A DNA stretch of 64,000 nucleotides, from the NCBI GenBank assembly GCA_965215515.1, contig OZ244057.1, positions 2,116,711 to 2,180,710 on the forward strand, written 5' to 3'. The translations under genes and the position numbers were made by a program. Under the pieces are notes generated by a model. The model did no database searches and had not been told where the DNA came from. It saw nothing but the letters and a program-made list of their open reading frames with translations. The number at the start of each line of letters is the position of its first letter. Within the stretch, counting starts at the first letter, position 1. This document shows positions 9,931 through 20,530 of this stretch, one piece after another. The stretch comes from Oligoflexales bacterium. GTDB taxonomy: Bacteria > Bdellovibrionota_B > Oligoflexia > Oligoflexales > JAPPIL01.

Positions 9931-12036
9931 ATGGCGGCGGACAGTTTGGCGCGGGTCAGGAACATCGGTATTTCTGCTCATATCGACTCTGGGAAGACGA
10001 CCTTGACGGAGCGGGTGCTCTACTACACTGGCATCATTCACAAGATTCAGGAGGTGCGAGGGGAGGGTAGTGGAGCGACGATGGATCATATGGAGTTGGA
10101 GAAGGAGCGAGGGATTACGATTACCTCCGCAGCCACGACGGTCGGTTGGAAGGATTGTGTCATCAACATTATCGACACGCCAGGGCATGTCGATTTTACC
10201 ATCGAGGTGGAGCGTTCTTTGCGGGTGTTAGACGGTGCGGTGTTGGTTTTGTGCGGGGTTTCGGGGGTGCAGAGCCAGTCTTTCACCGTCGATCGGCAGA
10301 TGCGGCGTTATGGTGTGCCTTGTCTGGCCTTCATCAACAAACTCGATCGCTCGGGGGCTGACCCGCGGCGAGTGATGGCGCAGTTACGGGAAAAACTCGG
10401 TCACAATGCTGTAGCGATGCAGATTCCTATCGGGCTTGAGGCTGACCACAAGGGTGAGGTTGACCTGATCGCCATGCGTGCCTACTACTTTGATGGCGAG
10501 CGGGGCGAGACGGTACGGGAGGAGGATATTCCCGCGGCATTGCATGACGAGGCACAGGCAGCTCGTGCTGCGCTGCTCGATGTGGTGTCGATGTTCAGCG
10601 ACGAAATGACCGAGCTATTGCTGGAAGAGAAGGCAGTGCCTACCGAGCTTATCCACCGCACGATTCGTGCTGCGGTGTTGGAACGCAAGCTTACCCCTGT
10701 GTTCGTGGGATCGGCCTACAAAAACAAAGGCGTGCAGTTGTTGCTCGACGCAGTCGATCGCTATTTGCCGAGTCCACATGATCGCCGCTACATCGCTACC
10801 GACAACGAGAAACGGGAGAAAGTCGAGATTTTCCCCGATGCGACCAAGCCGTTAGTAGCGATGGCTTTCAAAATTACCGATGATTCCTACGGGCAACTCA
10901 CCTATACACGGGTGTATCAGGGCACGCTCAAGCGTGGGGATACACATTTCAACCCGCGCCTAAACAAGAAGCAGCGCATCGGACGCTTGGTACGCATGCA
11001 TTCCAACGAACGGCGGGAAATCGAGAAGGCCGAGGCAGGCGATATCGTGGCGATGGTCGGGGTGGATTGTGCTTCAGGTGATACTTACTGTGATCCCAAC
11101 ATCAATATTTCGATGGAAAAGATATATATCGCTGATCCTGTCATTGAATTAGCCATCAAACCAGAGAAACAGGACGATCTGGTCAAGGTATCGAAGGCAC
11201 TAAATCGCTTCATGAAAGAAGACCCTACCTTTCGGGTGACGATCGACAACGAATCGAACGAGACGATTATCAGGGGTATGGGCGAGTTGCATTTGGAGAT
11301 TTACGTGCAGCGCATTCAACGCGAGTACAAGGCCGAGGTAATCGTAGGACAACCGAAGGTTAATTACCGCGAAGCTCCGACTGCAAGTGCCACGTTTGAC
11401 TACAAACACAAAAAGCAAACGGGCGGGGCGGGACAATATGCTCATGTCGTCGGCAAGCTACAAGTTCAGACTGCTGAACAGAAGGCAGAACACGGCGATA
11501 ATCTCCTCTTCAACAACAACATCGTCGGCGGTCGTATTCCCAAAGAGTACATCCCTGGGGTGGAGAAGGGTTTCCGTGAATCGCTGGAGAAGGGGCCTCT
11601 GGCTGGGTTTCAGGTCATCGACGTGCAAGTCGATCTCGACGACGGTTCGTTCCACAACGTTGACTCTTCCGAGCTGGCTTTCAAAATTGCCGCACGTGCT
11701 GCCTTCAAGGAGGCGTTTATGCAGGCACGACCAGTGTTGCTTGAACCGATTATGAAGGTAGAAGTAGAGACCCCGACCGATTTTCAGGGGCCTGTACAGG
11801 GTGACCTCTCGTCGCGGCGTGGTATTTTGATGGGCAGCAACATGCGCGATGACTTCACCGTTATCGAAGCAGAAGTGCCGCTGGCAGAGATGTTCGGCTA
11901 CTCGACGGACTTGCGCTCCAAAACACAGGGGAAAGCATCGTTCAGTATGGAGTTCAGCTGCTACAAGGCCGTTCCCCACGCAATTCAAGAACAATTAGCT
12001 AGCAAGTATCGGGAAGAACAGGCGAAAGGCAAGTAA
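9931..12036 (+). CDS. fusA: Elongation factor G
   Basis: [38 protein letters not shown] and DSSELAF; not adjacent to rpsL/rpsG/tuf. Confidence 0.98.
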   Translation: MAADSLARVRNIGISAHIDSGKTTLTERVLYYTGIIHKIQEVRGEGSGATMDHMELEKERGITITSAATTVGWKDCVINIIDTPGHVDFTIEVERSLRVLDGAVLVLCGVSGVQSQSFTVDRQMRRYGVPCLAFINKLDRSGADPRRVMAQLREKLGHNAVAMQIPIGLEADHKGEVDLIAMRAYYFDGERGETVREEDIPAALHDEAQAARAALLDVVSMFSDEMTELLLEEKAVPTELIHRTIRAAVLERKLTPVFVGSAYKNKGVQLLLDAVDRYLPSPHDRRYIATDNEKREKVEIFPDATKPLVAMAFKITDDSYGQLTYTRVYQGTLKRGDTHFNPRLNKKQRIGRLVRMHSNERREIEKAEAGDIVAMVGVDCASGDTYCDPNINISMEKIYIADPVIELAIKPEKQDDLVKVSKALNRFMKEDPTFRVTIDNESNETIIRGMGELHLEIYVQRIQREYKAEVIVGQPKVNYREAPTASATFDYKHKKQTGGAGQYAHVVGKLQVQTAEQKAEHGDNLLFNNNIVGGRIPKEYIPGVEKGFRESLEKGPLAGFQVIDVQVDLDDGSFHNVDSSELAFKIAARAAFKEAFMQARPVLLEPIMKVEVETPTDFQGPVQGDLSSRRGILMGSNMRDDFTVIEAEVPLAEMFGYSTDLRSKTQGKASFSMEFSCYKAVPHAIQEQLASKYREEQAKGK

Positions 12037-12196
12037 GTCGGGATGATGTTGCACGCTAAAAACAATCGAGGTTAGAAACATTGCGATTGTACCACGAAAT
12101 AAAAACTTATCAAGAAGCTTCCTTGATCCGTTCTGGTGGTTGGTAAGTGCAAAAAACAATGGAGAAGAAAAAGTAGATCACGCTCCTGTATCTCCT

Positions 12197-12233
12197 AGAA
12201 GAACTTACTGGTCGGCACGGAGCTGGTATAATG
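12197..12233 (+). promoter_or_regulatory. Orphan copy of the nuclease-cassette promoter
   Basis: AGAAGAACTTACTGGTCGGCACGGAGCTGGTATAATG matches 23994-24030 at 35 of 37 positions. Confidence 0.75.
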
Positions 12234-12436
12234 TCAAACCACCCCAATCCTCCGAACCCACGGCAATAGGCACGCGTTTTTTGTTTGTATCCGAGAAGCG
12301 TTCCTCCTCTTGCTTTTCTCATCACACCGTGCTACCATGCCCGTTTAACAGTGATTGGCGGGGCATGTATAGGTAGGTTATTCAGGCTGGGGACAGCCTG
12401 GGGGTGGTCTTTGTTCTGATTCTGGGGGAGACGGTT

Positions 12437-13249
12437 ATGCTGGCGAGACTGGTGTTGACGACGGTGGTGTTGGGAGCGGTGTCTCTTCCCGTTGCAGAGT
12501 TGGTAGCGGCGGACAACAAGCGCAGAAACATTCGCCCACGGGGTTTGCGCAGTCTCTTCACCAAATTTGCCCGCAAAAAACTGGAACTGCAAGGTCGGCT
12601 GCGCGCTGAGAGTATGCGTCCTCTCGTCGGTGTCTCTGTCTATGCCGATGCCTCCCGCTGTTCACTAGCGCTGCCTCTCGGTGCTAACCGCCTGCGGGAA
12701 GCCTGTGACGATCTGCGGGTTGTAACCTCCTCCGATCAGCACGGTCGTTATCGTGTACCGCTGCGAGTCAGCGGTAACCACAGATACCTGCATGTGCGTT
12801 TCAGTATTAGAGAACGCGACGCACAAGCGGCTGTCGTTATCCCGCTGTCGAGTGTCGATCACATCCTGGGGAAGATTCCCGCGTGGTCTTACTACCGTCT
12901 CGATCGTGATGCGCAGCTTGCCTTGTTGCGCACCCCTCGTGATCTCGTCTATGCTCGTCGCCGCGTTGCCGTACACTCCTCGCAGGCGCAGCTGCATAAG
13001 AGCAGACATCTGATCGCCCGTGCCCTGCTACGTTCGTTGCCTCACGGCGATAGACACGGGGAACGTGAGGTCATCACCGTCTCTTCTTGCGGGCGCGATC
13101 GCCTTTACCGACAGGACGACGAGCAACTGCCGCGACAGGTGCTCGATTTTCGTTTCTTGCTTCCCGCGGCTGGTCTCGATACCCCATATTTTACGGAAGG
13201 TAACGATTGCGTGCCTGACCGCGAGCCGTCAGATCGTGCTACCATCTGA
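12437..13249 (+). CDS. Hypothetical secreted protein
   Basis: Long ORF with signal-peptide-like N-terminus after a GGGGAG RBS. Confidence 0.55.
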   Translation: MLARLVLTTVVLGAVSLPVAELVAADNKRRNIRPRGLRSLFTKFARKKLELQGRLRAESMRPLVGVSVYADASRCSLALPLGANRLREACDDLRVVTSSDQHGRYRVPLRVSGNHRYLHVRFSIRERDAQAAVVIPLSSVDHILGKIPAWSYYRLDRDAQLALLRTPRDLVYARRRVAVHSSQAQLHKSRHLIARALLRSLPHGDRHGEREVITVSSCGRDRLYRQDDEQLPRQVLDFRFLLPAAGLDTPYFTEGNDCVPDREPSDRATI

Positions 13250-13283
13250 CACCGTTCGTTAACCAGAGCTTATTCATCAACGG

Positions 13284-13320
13284 GGTGTAGATAGATGCCC
13301 CCGTAAAAAGCGAACACCCT
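13284..13320 (+). mobile_element. Orphan IS3-family-like terminal inverted repeat (degenerate)
   Basis: GGTGTAGATAGATGCCCCCGTAAAAAGCGAACACCCT, near-identical to 51198-51230; no transposase nearby. Confidence 0.55.
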
Positions 13321-13350
13321 ATCGGCTTCTAACAAATCACGTAGAGGAGT

Positions 13351-14592
13351 TCAGTTATGGTTAGTGATCGCTTCCCATGCTACCTTGGCATCGGTCGCCT
13401 GTGCGATGCCGTCGAGGATGGTCAGCACGTCGTCGATACGCTTTGCTTCAGTATATCCAGCCGTGATCGCCGTCCAGTTTTTTTCGGCTGTGAGCAGTGC
13501 GTGCCCAGGCAGGTAGCGAGACCAAGCCGTGAGTGGTAAGGATAAGAGAGCACCGATACCCACCGCCTGTGCTACGAGTTTCTCCGCACCAGCTTGCACT
13601 TCGATATTCTCCACCCTTTTATCGCTAGCAAGCTTTGTAACAACATCGTCCTCGTCTGTAATGGTAATTTTGTTGAGCTTGTCGCTATATTTGAGCGTCT
13701 TCTCATCGAACCAAGGGAAATCACGCATAAATTTTGCACGTCTCTTGATGGCATCACTGCTCTTGCCCAAGAAGTCCGCCAAGTAGCCACCATCTTCGAT
13801 CTCTCTCCTTAGCGTGTTTTCCTCAGGATCGAACTTAATAGCGCTGTCTATTTTTTCCCCTAAATCACTGATTTCCCCGTCTCTATGCATGCGATTGTAG
13901 GACTTAACGCGCCCTTCCAGCTCCGCCTTGGCTTTGCTCTTGTCGCCGTCTACTTTTTTTATTGCGTCTTCGACGCGTAACAGTTTCTCTGCCAGTTCGT
14001 TACTAGCATCCTTGGATTTGAGAAAATAATCTTTCATCTCACTGTTGTCATTAAGCAAGCTGAGCTCTCCCATCAACTCAGATTCTTCTCCATATCCAAG
14101 CTCTTTTGCTTTTTGCTGTGCCTCTCTTACTTTTGTCTCGTGTCTCTTCAGCCTCGTCTTACCGATAAGACGATCCTTGGCTTTACCCTTGACGTAGAAA
14201 CGACCTATCTTGTAGAGGAAGGTCCCTGCAATTGCCCCTGCCAGCCCCGCGGTAACCCAGTTGCGAAGTCTAGCCAGTGCTGTGCCAGGCTTGGCAGGTA
14301 CATCGTTGAAAATTTTCGCACTGCCATCTTCATTGACTAGTGGATTGATGCACGCCTCAGCGAGTATTTGTGTAGTATAGGTCTCGTGTAGACGACAGAG
14401 ACGAAACTGATATGTGCCGTCACTCATCAGAGCCAAGCCGAGCACACGAACACGATCACGCACCGCCTTGCTCTGTGCAGTTTCCGTACGGTGAGCAACA
14501 CCACATGCCAATGTGGCTGACAACAATGCTGTCAACAACAGCCGACCCGTAATCAGCTGCAGAAACACTTTAATAATAGAAGAACCTAGCAT
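13351..14592 (-). CDS. Orphan lipoprotein, paralog of 14631-16469
   Basis: Lipobox ATLAC; shares N-terminal (GTYxFxLC...CINPL...VP..PGT) and C-terminal (EK..QA.G...LPGHA.L.A...W) blocks with its neighbour. Confidence 0.75.
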   Translation of the reverse strand: MLGSSIIKVFLQLITGRLLLTALLSATLACGVAHRTETAQSKAVRDRVRVLGLALMSDGTYQFRLCRLHETYTTQILAEACINPLVNEDGSAKIFNDVPAKPGTALARLRNWVTAGLAGAIAGTFLYKIGRFYVKGKAKDRLIGKTRLKRHETKVREAQQKAKELGYGEESELMGELSLLNDNSEMKDYFLKSKDASNELAEKLLRVEDAIKKVDGDKSKAKAELEGRVKSYNRMHRDGEISDLGEKIDSAIKFDPEENTLRREIEDGGYLADFLGKSSDAIKRRAKFMRDFPWFDEKTLKYSDKLNKITITDEDDVVTKLASDKRVENIEVQAGAEKLVAQAVGIGALLSLPLTAWSRYLPGHALLTAEKNWTAITAGYTEAKRIDDVLTILDGIAQATDAKVAWEAITNHN

Positions 14593-14630
14593 GGCGATAC
14601 CCCCTGTCTAACTAAAAGCATCCGTGTACA

Positions 14631-16469
14631 TCAACGTTCGCTCCGCAAACCGCTGCGTAACATGAAATAGAAGACCTCGTCAGAAACCTCCCCTCCCGTC
14701 ACTGCGGCGATGCCTTTGATAATGGTGTGCATGTCTGCAACGCGTCCTTCCGTAGTCAGCTCATAAAAATCACCTGTTAATGCATCCCAGCGCTCGGTAG
14801 CGCTGAGCTTAGCGTGTCCTGGAAGTTTCTTCCGTAATGCTGTCGTGGAAATGATAACGACAGCAGCACCCGCAGCCTGGCCGATAAATTTTTCAATCCC
14901 TCTCTCCACCTGTACTTCACCGACTTCCTTATTATTGGCAATGTAGCTAACCACTTTTTTCCTGTTTACAACTCTCACCGCGGGATCACCAGTCGTCTCC
15001 ATATAACTAGGTAACTTGCTCTTGTCTTCGTCCCAGTAGGTGAACCACTTGCTAGGCTTAAAACCACCTGAGAAACCACCCCTCTTGGCTGTGGGCGCGT
15101 TCTTTACGGTCTCGGTAATTATTTTTTTCAGATCTTTGTGAGACTCCCCTACCACCTCAGTCAGTCCTTCTTGCAAATCTTCAAGGTTGCCTGCTTTCCT
15201 AACTTGCTCCTCTAAGCGAGCGATTAAATCATAGTTCTGTCCATCAAGCTGTCCAGCTATTTTTGCTACTATTTTCTCGCCCGTCTCCGCAACTATAGGA
15301 CTAACACGCTCCTTACTATAGATAGCTTTCCTAGCAATCTCCTCATAACCTTGAGCACGAGTTTTGTAGAGTGGAGTTTTGCTGCCGAGAGCCTCTTTAT
15401 CTATCAACTCTTCGAGTTTCCGTAGCGTCTTCTCCTCGGAAGACTTTGTATCTACCTCACCCTTTCGCAAGGCATCCTTGATAGTGTCGCTAAGGACAAG
15501 ACTGCGTCTTTTGCCACTCACAATACCATCCATTTCGTCATTGCCCTTTATGAGCTTAGCTATCTTTTTGGAGTTCTCTGCCAAACCACGTTCAAGCCTG
15601 TTTATGCGAGCCTCTCGACTCACCAGCTCGTCAAGTGCCTGCAGCGCCTCGTGAGATTGTTCGTCTAGTGGACGATTCTTGCGTAAGGACTCCACAACAC
15701 CATCATCGAGAACTAATTTTACCAGTCTGCCATTTTCGTCCGTTTCTGTCTTTATCAGACTATTTTCGCTCAGGGCCTTCGCTATGCCACCATCGGGCTG
15801 CCCGTTTATTTTTGTAATCGCCTGTGTGAGACTGTCTGCGTATGCTGTTCCGCTCTTGAGGGAGTTTTCCAAGTTGAGCAACAACACGCCGAGCTCCAGT
15901 TTTTCTTTCTTGCTCAATTTCTTTTGCAGTTTTTTATTTTCCAGCAGTGCACGCAGATTGTACTCCTTACCACCGAGTTTTACCTTCTCTACGAGAGCAC
16001 CGTTGCTGGATACGAGCGTGTTGCCATCGATGGACTTTGAACGCTTCAGTGACTCCACCAGCTGATCATAGTAAGCCTCCCTGCCCAGCTGTGCCCCCGC
16101 CTTCATCTTGACGATGTGACGACCGAGAGCGAAGACCACCAATCCCGCCACTGCAGCCGCACCTACCGTGACACCCATCTGCCAGAACTTTGTGGCCAAC
16201 GTACCTGGTGGCACAGGCACCTCGCTGAGGACAAGCGGTAAACCATCCGCGGTGAGCAACGGATTGATACACCTCTCCTCTAACACCTCTGGGGTGTAGG
16301 CCTCTGTTACCTCACATAGCTTGAATTCATATGTCCCCCCAGGCATCTGCACCAGCCCCAGGGCACGCCTGCCGTCATGCACTGCACTGGGACGCGCATA
16401 ATCACCACTCCCACCGCACGCACTACATAGCAACAACACCGAGCCCAGCCTCATTGCCTTTTTCAGCAT
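14631..16469 (-). CDS. Orphan lipoprotein, paralog of 13351-14592 with a longer charged central region
   Basis: ATG 16469 after GGAGAGG; lipobox LCSAC; same terminal blocks as its neighbour. Confidence 0.75.
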   Translation of the reverse strand: MLKKAMRLGSVLLLCSACGGSGDYARPSAVHDGRRALGLVQMPGGTYEFKLCEVTEAYTPEVLEERCINPLLTADGLPLVLSEVPVPPGTLATKFWQMGVTVGAAAVAGLVVFALGRHIVKMKAGAQLGREAYYDQLVESLKRSKSIDGNTLVSSNGALVEKVKLGGKEYNLRALLENKKLQKKLSKKEKLELGVLLLNLENSLKSGTAYADSLTQAITKINGQPDGGIAKALSENSLIKTETDENGRLVKLVLDDGVVESLRKNRPLDEQSHEALQALDELVSREARINRLERGLAENSKKIAKLIKGNDEMDGIVSGKRRSLVLSDTIKDALRKGEVDTKSSEEKTLRKLEELIDKEALGSKTPLYKTRAQGYEEIARKAIYSKERVSPIVAETGEKIVAKIAGQLDGQNYDLIARLEEQVRKAGNLEDLQEGLTEVVGESHKDLKKIITETVKNAPTAKRGGFSGGFKPSKWFTYWDEDKSKLPSYMETTGDPAVRVVNRKKVVSYIANNKEVGEVQVERGIEKFIGQAAGAAVVIISTTALRKKLPGHAKLSATERWDALTGDFYELTTEGRVADMHTIIKGIAAVTGGEVSDEVFYFMLRSGLRSER

Positions 16470-16791
16470 AACCACCTCTCCTCCACCATGAAAAATTAAG
16501 CCCGTGCGACCACGGGGATGAGTTACTAGCACACCTTTCATAGAAAGTAAATATAAAAATTAAAATTTCTTAAAATAAACAAAATTCTATCCCCGACCTT
16601 CCTAGCAGTCACTCAGCCAGCACATGTGCCGCGGGCGTAACTTGAGCGCATCGACTGCCTGAGCTATCCAAGGTAGCTATGCTTCTTCACTATGGTTGTC
16701 GACCGCTTTCTCGTTCTTTACTCAGACGAACAACACATGGTTGTTTAACAGAGGCAAAGAGTGTGCTAAAACTTGTAGCAGGTGGTGGGTG

Positions 16792-17949
16792 ATGGCGTAT
16801 CAGTTTTACGAAACAGAGGAGATGCGGCTGCTGCGCCAAACGGTGCGGGAGTTCGCCGCACGGGAAATCGCCCCGCAGGCCTTCGTACTTGATCGTGACG
16901 AGCGATTTTCCGTGTCTTTAACCCGTAAGATGGGCGAGCTAGGCTTGTTCGGTATGGTCGTGCCGCGAGAGGCACACGGGCAAGGGTTGGATTATTTCTC
17001 CTTCATTATCGCAGTTGAGGAGTTGGCACGGGTAGATGGCTCGCAGGCCGCGACGGTTGCGGCACACAACAGTCTCGGGGTTGCACCACTTTACTACTAC
17101 GGCAGCCCCGCACAGCGAGGGAAGTGGCTGCCTCTCCTGTGCTGTGGCGACTACTTGTGGGCATTTGGCTTGACAGAAGCGAGTGCGGGTAGCGATGCCC
17201 AATCGAGTCGCACAACAGCACGTTACGACAGTAAGAACAAGCGCTGGACAATTAACGGCTCGAAGCTGTGGATCACTAACAGTGCGGCAGAGAACACCCT
17301 CGGCATTACCGTGCAGGCGGTGACGGGGGAAGAGGATGGCAAGCCACAGCTGACCTGCTTTCTTGTCCCCGCCGATAGTAAGGGTTTGCGGCGGATAGCG
17401 ATGAAGGACAAAATGATGTGGCGTGCCTCTAACACAGGTGAGCTGTACTTCGATGCCGTGCGAGTAGCCGACCATGCACGACTCGGCGAGATCGGACAAG
17501 GGTTCAAGATTATGATGGAAACCCTCGACAACGGACGTTTGTCGATCGCCGCAATGGGTTTAGGGCTGGCAAAAGGTGCGTTATCGATGGCACTTGCTTA
17601 CGCCAAACAACGCCAGGCCTTCGGCATGCCCATCATCGAACATCAGGCGATCGCTTTCAAGCTGGCAGACATGGCCACCCGTATCGAAGCTGCCGAAAAT
17701 CTGCTTTACAAAGCCTGCTGGCTGCGGCAGGAAAACAAACCCTTCCAAAAGCTAGCCGCTATGGCGAAACTGTACTGCTCGGAGGTGGCGGAGTTCGCTG
17801 CACGTGAAGGACAACAGATCTTCGGCGGCTACGGCTTGATGAAGGAATACCCGATCGAACGCTTCTACCGTGACGCGGCTCTGCTCCGTATCGGGGAAGG
17901 TACGAGTGAAGTGCAACGTATCGTCATCTCCCGCCATCTGAAGGGCTGA
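16792..17949 (+). CDS. Acyl-CoA dehydrogenase
   Basis: FGLTEASAGSDA, INGSKLWITN, QIFGGYG and IGEGTSEVQR. Confidence 0.95.
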   Translation: MAYQFYETEEMRLLRQTVREFAAREIAPQAFVLDRDERFSVSLTRKMGELGLFGMVVPREAHGQGLDYFSFIIAVEELARVDGSQAATVAAHNSLGVAPLYYYGSPAQRGKWLPLLCCGDYLWAFGLTEASAGSDAQSSRTTARYDSKNKRWTINGSKLWITNSAAENTLGITVQAVTGEEDGKPQLTCFLVPADSKGLRRIAMKDKMMWRASNTGELYFDAVRVADHARLGEIGQGFKIMMETLDNGRLSIAAMGLGLAKGALSMALAYAKQRQAFGMPIIEHQAIAFKLADMATRIEAAENLLYKACWLRQENKPFQKLAAMAKLYCSEVAEFAAREGQQIFGGYGLMKEYPIERFYRDAALLRIGEGTSEVQRIVISRHLKG

Positions 17950-18013
17950 GTTTGCACCCGCAGACAACATGTAGTAGAATCATCAGCAGGTGATAACAAT
18001 CAACAGGTGAGAC

Positions 18014-18514
18014 GTGATGCGTATGTTTCTTCTCGGTGCAGTTTTTTTCACCCTCGGCAATACACCTGCCTCACCCACGCCGAGATACCCCGAGATAATG
18101 CGCTTGCTAGTCAGCGGTGTCGGAGACAAGGGCGCTGACTTCGTCGTGTTTGCCCAGACACCCGCCGCGGCGGTGGAACTACTGCGACGACAGAGCGCTC
18201 ATCTCTACTGTCTACGTCTTACCAAAGACAAGCAGAGCTGGCGTTTTTTCCTGCCCTGCGGCAGAGTAACCCCCATGTTCGGCAACACATTGCAAGTCTC
18301 AGCCTTCCCCGCTATCGGCAAGATCGAAGAGGTGCTCTCTGGTCGCCCGTTGCGTTTCCGTAAAGCAGTCACCCTCGTCGTCAGCAACATCGACCCCAGC
18401 ACCATGCCGCAGGCAAACCCCAGCTCCGTCAGGGATTACGTCGAAAACCGCCTTAACGAGAACAATGAAGACATCTTCATCGGTGTCGAAGTTCTGCGCC
18501 ACGGTCACCTCTGA
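18014..18514 (+). CDS. Hypothetical secreted protein
   Basis: 166-aa ORF with signal-peptide-like start, filling the intergenic gap. Confidence 0.5.
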   Translation: MMRMFLLGAVFFTLGNTPASPTPRYPEIMRLLVSGVGDKGADFVVFAQTPAAAVELLRRQSAHLYCLRLTKDKQSWRFFLPCGRVTPMFGNTLQVSAFPAIGKIEEVLSGRPLRFRKAVTLVVSNIDPSTMPQANPSSVRDYVENRLNENNEDIFIGVEVLRHGHL

Positions 18515-18528
18515 ACAGCTGCACCGTG

Positions 18529-19350
18529 TCAACCCGCCCCCAGTGCTTGCAACTTTTCCGTCGCCTTGTGCGCTTCCTCCGAACCTGCGTAAGCGTCGAC
18601 CACATCTTGATAAAACAAACGTGCCGTCTTCTTGTCGCCTAAAAAACGAAAACAATCCCCGAGTCTGAGTTTCGCCAGCCGCAAATATTTTTCGTCGTCA
18701 CCTCCTGCCTCGACAAGATCGTTGAAATACAGCGCGGCATCACGTATCTTGCCAAGCTTAAAAGTGCTCTCCGCCAACAGATACATGGCCTCAAAACGGG
18801 TGGACTTACCGCGCAAGCGCTTGATAACCGTCGGGGCATCCTCAAACACATAACGATAACGCTGGCGCTCGAAGGCAGTCTTCAGCCCTGCAAGATTGGT
18901 AATTTTTTTGCGTTTCTTGCTGCGTTTGACGTGTTTTTTTTTGTCGTAAAGTGCCAACAGTGCTTTGAATTCTTTCAACAACGTCGCTTGCGTAGCACTG
19001 AGCTCGGCGGTGCGAGTTTGTAGTTTACTGAGCGTGCTTGCCACCGACTCGTGCTCGGAGCTGAGCCCTGGGTAACGCCCCGTAATTACCCCTACCTTCA
19101 AGGCATCGAGTTGTCCCGTGATTTTTTGTAATTTGTTTTCGAAAGCATCAAGACGGCCTTGCACACCCGCAATTTTCCTGTTGCCAGCTGTGCTCTTGCT
19201 ATCCTGCTCTTGGCGTGTTGCTGTAATACCGTGCTCGATATCAAGCATGCGCTTTTTCAACACAAAGATATCTCCCTCCAGCACGGCATGTTTGGCACGG
19301 GTGGCACAAGCGCTGGTCAGGATTAAAAAAAACAACCACGAGTACAGCAT
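18529..19350 (-). CDS. CpoB/YbgF-like coiled-coil TPR lipoprotein
   Basis: Lipobox LTSAC, coiled coil, C-terminal TPRs 'AMYLLAES...AKLRLGDCF..LGDKKTARLFYQDVVDAY.GSEEA'. Confidence 0.75.
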   Translation of the reverse strand: MLYSWLFFLILTSACATRAKHAVLEGDIFVLKKRMLDIEHGITATRQEQDSKSTAGNRKIAGVQGRLDAFENKLQKITGQLDALKVGVITGRYPGLSSEHESVASTLSKLQTRTAELSATQATLLKEFKALLALYDKKKHVKRSKKRKKITNLAGLKTAFERQRYRYVFEDAPTVIKRLRGKSTRFEAMYLLAESTFKLGKIRDAALYFNDLVEAGGDDEKYLRLAKLRLGDCFRFLGDKKTARLFYQDVVDAYAGSEEAHKATEKLQALGAG

Positions 19351-19380
19351 GCGTTCCTCCTGTCAGAAAAAATTACTTTT

Positions 19381-19929
19381 TCAAAAAAAATCGTGCACCT
19401 GCTGTAAAAATTCCGCCGAAATCGCCCCGATATTACGTCGTTGCACTATTCCTTGAGCATCGATAATGAAGGTTTCTGGCACACCTGTTACCCCATAATC
19501 GATCGCGGTGCTCCCGTTGCGGTCGAGTCCCAGCGGGTAGGTTTTGTTGAATTGGTGGGCGAAACGGCGTGCCTCGTGCACTTTATCGTGCACAGCCACA
19601 CCGAGTACCAGCACTCGTGCACGTTCCCTGTCCCACAGGTTTTGCAACAGATGTGCCTCTTGGCGGCAGCTCAAACACCAGCTCGCCCAAAAATTCAGCA
19701 CCAACACCTTGTCTTGTGCCGCAGCGGAAAAACTACCCTCCCGTAACCCGCTTAACAGGCTTTCGCCCTGTAACCAGTCTAACACAAAAGGCGGGGCGGA
19801 TTTGCCTGCCAGTACAGGACGTGGCTTGCTCTGATCGATGGTCAGGCCACGTGCCAACACGTAGACCAGCAGTGCTGCCAGCATTAGCAAGGTGATGCTG
19901 AGCAAGACGTGGGCACGGCGCACTCGCAT
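19381..19929 (-). CDS. TlpA/ResA/CcmG-like thiol-disulfide oxidoreductase
   Basis: NFWASWCLSC and YGVTGVPETF; follows ccmE. Confidence 0.88.
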   Translation of the reverse strand: MRVRRAHVLLSITLLMLAALLVYVLARGLTIDQSKPRPVLAGKSAPPFVLDWLQGESLLSGLREGSFSAAAQDKVLVLNFWASWCLSCRQEAHLLQNLWDRERARVLVLGVAVHDKVHEARRFAHQFNKTYPLGLDRNGSTAIDYGVTGVPETFIIDAQGIVQRRNIGAISAEFLQQVHDFF

Positions 19930-19931
19930 TG

Positions 19932-20375
19932 TTAATCGCCAAGAATTGATTTGATCAACAAGTCTTTGTTCTGCAATTCAGCATCGTGCGGTACGCGGTA
20001 TTCCTCCGAGTGCTTAACCATCAACGTATGTGATTGCAGCGTCTTTTTCTGCACATCGAAGTATCCTTCCGCCACAACCCCTTGCCCTTCCTTGAAAAGA
20101 TCGGGCGGCGTGCCGCGGTGTTGCACGACGATGTCATGACCTTTGAAGTCCGTCATCATGAAGGTGAGTCGCATGTTTGCCATGTCTTTCTGCACACTAC
20201 CCACTTTGACCATGCCGCCGATTTTTATATTTTTGCCGCGCACGTCGAGAGCGGCGGCGAAAACCTCTTGCGGTGTGTAGAAGTAGACGATGCTGTCGCC
20301 GAGCTTAAGTAGTGACAGTGTTATGACGACAGCGACGATTATCAGCGAACCGACAATCCATTTAGTTTTTTTCAT
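19932..20375 (-). CDS. ccmE: Heme chaperone CcmE
   Basis: YFYTP, PDLFKEGQGVVAEG and KHSEEY (HxxxY). Confidence 0.95.
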   Translation of the reverse strand: MKKTKWIVGSLIIVAVVITLSLLKLGDSIVYFYTPQEVFAAALDVRGKNIKIGGMVKVGSVQKDMANMRLTFMMTDFKGHDIVVQHRGTPPDLFKEGQGVVAEGYFDVQKKTLQSHTLMVKHSEEYRVPHDAELQNKDLLIKSILGD

Positions 20376-20517
20376 GCTGTTCTGCCGTCAGTGTTCGTTC
20401 CAAAGCACGCAATTTGCGTCGCTCTCCGTAAAGGTACAGCAGCGCCAGTAGCAGTACCAGCACTACGACCGCGTAAGCACCAGCCAAAGCCCAGCCTTGT
20501 GCAGTTGTCAGCGTCAT
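20362..20517 (-). CDS. CcmD-like small membrane protein
   Basis: One TM followed by a basic tail; lies between ccmC and ccmE. Confidence 0.6.
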   Translation of the reverse strand: MTLTTAQGWALAGAYAVVVLVLLLALLYLYGERRKLRALERTLTAEQHEKN

Positions 20518-20530
20518 ATTACCCTCCGTT

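Noticed and set aside
9931..12036. fusA outside the str operon, and sucD without sucC, as novelties
   Set aside because: Stand-alone EF-G paralogs and split operons are common; the partners may lie elsewhere in the genome.
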